From positions 8,680,001 through 8,744,000 of the forward strand of contig CM106586.1 of the NCBI GenBank assembly GCA_048013815.1: 64,000 nucleotides of DNA, in the 5' to 3' direction. The notes beneath the pieces were generated by a model. It saw only the letters and a list, made by a program, of their open reading frames with translations, was not told where the DNA came from and made no database searches. The position numbers and the translations under genes were made by a program. This document shows, in pieces, positions 59,676-64,000 of the stretch; within the stretch, counting starts at the first letter, position 1, and every line of letters starts with the position of its first letter. The stretch comes from Setoptus koraiensis. Its lineage: Eukaryota > Animalia > Arthropoda.

Positions 59676-62600
59676 TCTGATCTATGTGTATGGTTGGTGA
59701 TTTCGGGGGGGCCAAATGTGAGTGATCTGTTGTCTGTTAGTACAATTGTTAAAATGTAGTTCCGGTATTAGTTAAAAAGCGTGTTGACACTGGCGTGAAT
59801 TTTTAATGATTAAAAAGATGATGATAATGAGATGAGATAACAAGTTGAAATGTGTGTATGGAAACTGGTGACATTTGTTTGTGTTTATATCCTCAAATTT
59901 CGTTGTCTGGCACTGCACAGAAGGGGCACACGGAGCACAGTTAGTAAGTAAATGTCAGGTTTGGAGCGTGTGGGAAGCCGCCACAGAGTTGAACATGCTC
60001 ATGAATAGTGTTTCACATAATCAAGACATTTCGCTGCAATGGCTGTTTATTTGTAAGTGCATAAGTGGCACACAACGTTGCTGTGTGCGTATTTACGTGT
60101 TTGTGGTGCGGCGGGCATGTTCGTTCGCGTGCTAATTGGGGACAATGGCGCCAAATACAAACAGAAAAAAGAATAAAACTTTCAATAGACAGACCCCACA
60201 AAGCGCGCCAGGAACAGTGCACCAGAAATGCAGACGGAAATTGTTGTCGAGCTTACCAGCTATCTGGGTGGCTATACGGTGCGCTCTGGCACGCTTAACC
60301 ATAGTGTAATCCGATTAGAGACAGAGACGTAACATTGGACGTGTTGGTTGGCGGTGAGCGAATCGCGCAAAGATTAAGGATTGGAAATGACACACACACA
60401 CGCACAATAAGTTTGATAAGTTAGCCAGAACCGCAAAGATAGCTAGGCTACACCGAATGGGGGAGCTTGATAGGCTGCGCAATGTCAATTGATTACCAGA
60501 AGCCACTCAAGTAATTATACAAGCTCGCGCCGAGCGCAAGAGATAATAATCTAATTTGTTTAATTCGCGCGTTCGCTCACTGTTTTCAGCGGTGGCAATT
60601 TTTCGTTTGTGTTGGCGCTACAACAATCGTCGTCGCCACCAACAACTTGATCTGGTTGCTCGGCAAGATTGGCTCACAACGTCAGGCTCAGGTGGTAACG
60701 ACGAGTAATGAGTGAGTGTGGGCTCCGTTGTCACTTGCTGTTGTCACGGTGGTTAGTGCGCACTTGAGTGCGGTCACAACCGGTCGGCCCGACAACTGTG
60801 AGTCGGCCAAGTTTCGCCGAGGCCGCTCGCGTCGTCGGGCCGTTTCCCGAGCCTCGCAACCAGTTGACCGTCGGCTGGTTCGCTGGCTCGCTGGTTCGTC
60901 CGCTGGCTGGTTCGAGCGTCGGCTCGCTCGAGCAGCGGCCGGTTCGAGCAGCGGCCGGTGGGCCAGTGGAGCGCAATGTCGAGAGTCAGCGTGGGACGGG
61001 AAGCTAACGTTTGGCTGTATCGCTTTTTGCTGTCGCCTGGTCGCGGCCGACAGAGCCGTTTGGTTGCTGGTTGCGGGTCGCGGCCGGCAGAGCCGCTCGG
61101 TCGCTGGTCGGTGGCGCTGACTGCGCCACTGAATTCAAAGTAGCCCAAATTCAAAGAGTACGCTAATAACGCGCGCGCGCCAGACAATTTCCAGCTAGCG
61201 ATCCGGGCATCAGCATTTAGCGCAAGTACTAGAAGCCAAAACACAAAGTATATCCGTGGCGCGGTACGGCTGAGATGGCTATTGGGAGCAGACGACACAC
61301 GGAGCTAGATGAGTGAGACAGTGCCGAAGCAACGCCAATGAGCAATGAGCGCGGGGGTGCGCGGGGATTCGCGTAGGCGGCCCCGTCTGCATGAGCTGAC
61401 GATGGGGCCCCCATTCGCTGGCACAACCGGTCGGCTTGGCTTCGGCATGCGTGTGCGTGTTTGTGTGCGTGTGTGTGCGTGTGTGTGTGTGTAAGCCGTT
61501 CTTTGATATATACCTATTTTCGTGAGCCCGGGCAAGATTGCTTCCAGTGTGTGTGTGAGTTAGTGTATGTGTCTCACCTTGAGCCTCGCTGCCAGCAAAG
61601 AACGGGCCCCAGTAATAGTGGGGCCCACACACACACACACACAGACAGCGCGAAACAGCAACAACAACAACAACAACGACAGCAGAAGCGACAACTACAA
61701 CAACAACAACTTGTCATTGCACATCTTCCGTTAGCTGGCGAGCTGTACTGTTTTGGCTGGCTGGCTGGCTGGCTGGCTGTGCAGTGCGTCGGCACGCCAG
61801 CCGGGCGAGCTAGTGTCTGGCCAAAGAATCGCGCCAGCCGTAGCAGCATCATATAGTGCTCAAGTTGACATACTTACGCCGGCCAACTGAGGCCCGCCAA
61901 GCCAACAGCGATACACAGAGGAAGTAACAACGTGTGTGTGTGTGTTATATCGAGCGCAAACTAACCGACTTTTTGCAAATTTGCTATTTGTTGAGTCGGC
62001 GACACTGAAAGTCACACACGCGCGCGCACACGTTAATGGCGGCACGGGGGCGCCGCCAAGTGACAAGCATATTTTTTACACCTGAGGGGAGCGGGCCCGA
62101 GACACGAGGAGCGGGCGCGCACGCGAGCAAGCGGCTCGTTAAATATTTGTTTTAAGTATGTAACAGCGCCACTGTTGCATAATCAGTTGCTGCATCATAC
62201 ACGTGTTGTGCGCAACACGCGCCCGGCCAATCAGTCGGCCGGGCGCCGAGTCGACGCCGTGTCATCGTCCGCTCTAGCTGCCGAGTCGCCCGCTGTCGGG
62301 CAATCGGTGGGCCGGTGCGGCCCGGAGTGTCCGCTGCGAGAGTCGGCGGCGGGTGTTGGCGGCGGGTGTAAGCGGCAATCGCTCAGTTGTCGCTGCCGGG
62401 TATATTGTCCACTGTCGTCGTGTGATGTCGTGTGCCGTTGTGGCGCTGTCGTCGCCCGGCGTGAAACCGGCCACGAACGGGCCCGCGCGGGTTTAGTGGC
62501 AGCGTGTCCAGGCGAGCCGCTATCGCACAGACGGACGCACAGGTGACCGGTGTGACGGGCACGGGCAGGGGGCAGTCGCGCACAAGTGCCTGAATGTGTC

Positions 62601-64000
62601 TTGTTGCCGTGGCCGGCCGCCGGTGTCGTTGCATGCCGGTCGTTTAGTTTTATTTCAAGGTGCCCGTGCACCAGCTCACACGCTAGCTGGTCGGCTGTGA
62701 TGATATCTTTTTCAGTGCACAGTGTGCGCGGTTTGCGCAATGTGCACTGAAAAAGCGCTGGCGCGGGGCCCCTGCAGCAAGGCCGCTGAGCACAAGTGTA
62801 AACTTGTTTTTTGGCTGGCCGCGCTGTGCAGGCTCGCGCTGGCCACTGCTCACTTGTCAAGATTGCCGTTGCACTTGTTTGCAGTTGTCTCCCGCTCCGG
62901 TGTGCGTGTGTGTGTGTGCGTGCGTGTGCCGATACAAACACGCCGGAAAAAGGATCCCCCGGGCGACCCGACCGGCCGCGACCGGCCCCAACTGGCCCCA
63001 ACTGGCCCCAACTGGCCGCGACTGGCCGCGACTGGCGAGCCGAGCCCGCCAGTCGGCACGTCGTGTTTGTTGATACAGACAGGCTGCAGACGGACGGACG
63101 CTCGCACGGCTCCACAGAGACTGGCGCGGCGAGCCGGGCAACCGGGCCAGCGAGCCAGAGCGTAAAAATTGTAATTGGCGAGCCCCGGATAAAAATTCAA
63201 TCCCTTGGCCGGCGCGCAGTGTCAATGTTTATGTTGTGCGTGTGTGTGTGTGTCGGCCGTTATGGCGAGCCGCGCCGCACGACAACAATGCTCGCCATTC
63301 GGCACACTGTTCATCGGCCGCGATTATTATTCGGGGCCCTCGATCGGGCGCTCCACGGGGCCGATCGGGCGCTCGACGGGGCCGATCGGGCGCTCGATGG
63401 GGCCGATTCGGCCGGGCCCGCCATGAGCCAGATACGAGCAACGAGCGTGGCCAACTGGCCAGCGACTGGACGGGCCGCTGGCTGGACGTGAGACGGGCTC
63501 GCAGTTGACCAGTGGCTTGCCAGCGGCGCACGATAAAAGTCGCACAATGTAACACGCAGCGCACACACAGTACATATGCCGTGAGCGTATATCGTGTATG
63601 CATGTGCCGCGCGCGCCACAATGGCGTGGCCGTACATTGTGCGCCGAGGCGCCACTGGGCTGATTGGGGCCCCGGCGGCCCGGTCGGCTGGCTGGGCCCT
63701 AGCGCTAAGCTTAGTTAGCGCTATCAGAACGCACTATTAAGCGTCCCCGCACAACAACAGCAACAACAACAGCGGCAGTGGCAACAGCAACAACAACAGC
63801 GCCACCAACAGCAACAACAGCGGCGCCAGCAACAACACCCACACATGGCTCGCTTGATAATGGCGAACGGTGATGGTCGGTGACCTCATTCCCGGGCAAT
63901 CGATGCCCCCCATCTCTGGCTGTTGTGGGTGCTGGCGCCAGTTTGCAGCGCTGGCACAACTGGCACCGCTGGCACCACTGGCGCTATTGGCACCGCTGAC

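Noticed and set aside
61870-61877. ATACTTAC resembling the U1 snRNA 5' end
   Set aside because: The following sequence does not match U1; it is the reverse complement of a splice donor.
60300-64000. Many 60-290-aa GC-rich ORFs
   Set aside because: Arg/Ala/Pro-rich shadow ORFs over microduplicated GC-rich DNA; no domain recognised.

Overview
Eukaryotic (arthropod) genomic DNA. A mite-like origin is my inference from gene content, intron-poor housekeeping genes and simple-repeat load. The window has two compartments. (1) About 1-43.8 kb and 60-64 kb are GC/CpG-rich and full of microsatellites and microduplications. They hold a PRXamide (pyrokinin/CAPA-type) neuropeptide GPCR on +, with exons 2890-3789, ~4410-7488 and 43886-45204 (~1765 aa predicted). 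This receptor has a ~970-aa third intracellular loop and a 36.4-kb phase-1 intron. The intron contains a full-length antisense mariner (26-bp TIRs, TA duplication, D,D34D transposase with one nonsense codon) and a nested antisense two-exon gene for a secreted Ser/His-rich cuticle-like protein. It also has several perfect hairpins and a 15-bp-period TTCnnGAA array. (2) About 45.3-59.7 kb is a tightly packed, AT-richer housekeeping cluster: a single-propeller coronin with a coronin-7-like acidic tail (-), domino/EP400-type SWR1 helicase (+, 5 exons, ~2515 aa), an SLC41 Mg2+ transporter (+, 3 coding exons) and intronless LSm3 (-). The SLC41 and LSm3 coding sequences overlap tail-to-tail by 8 bp. 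No rRNA, tRNA or CRISPR array was recognised. All gene models are manual splice/frame reconstructions without transcript evidence.
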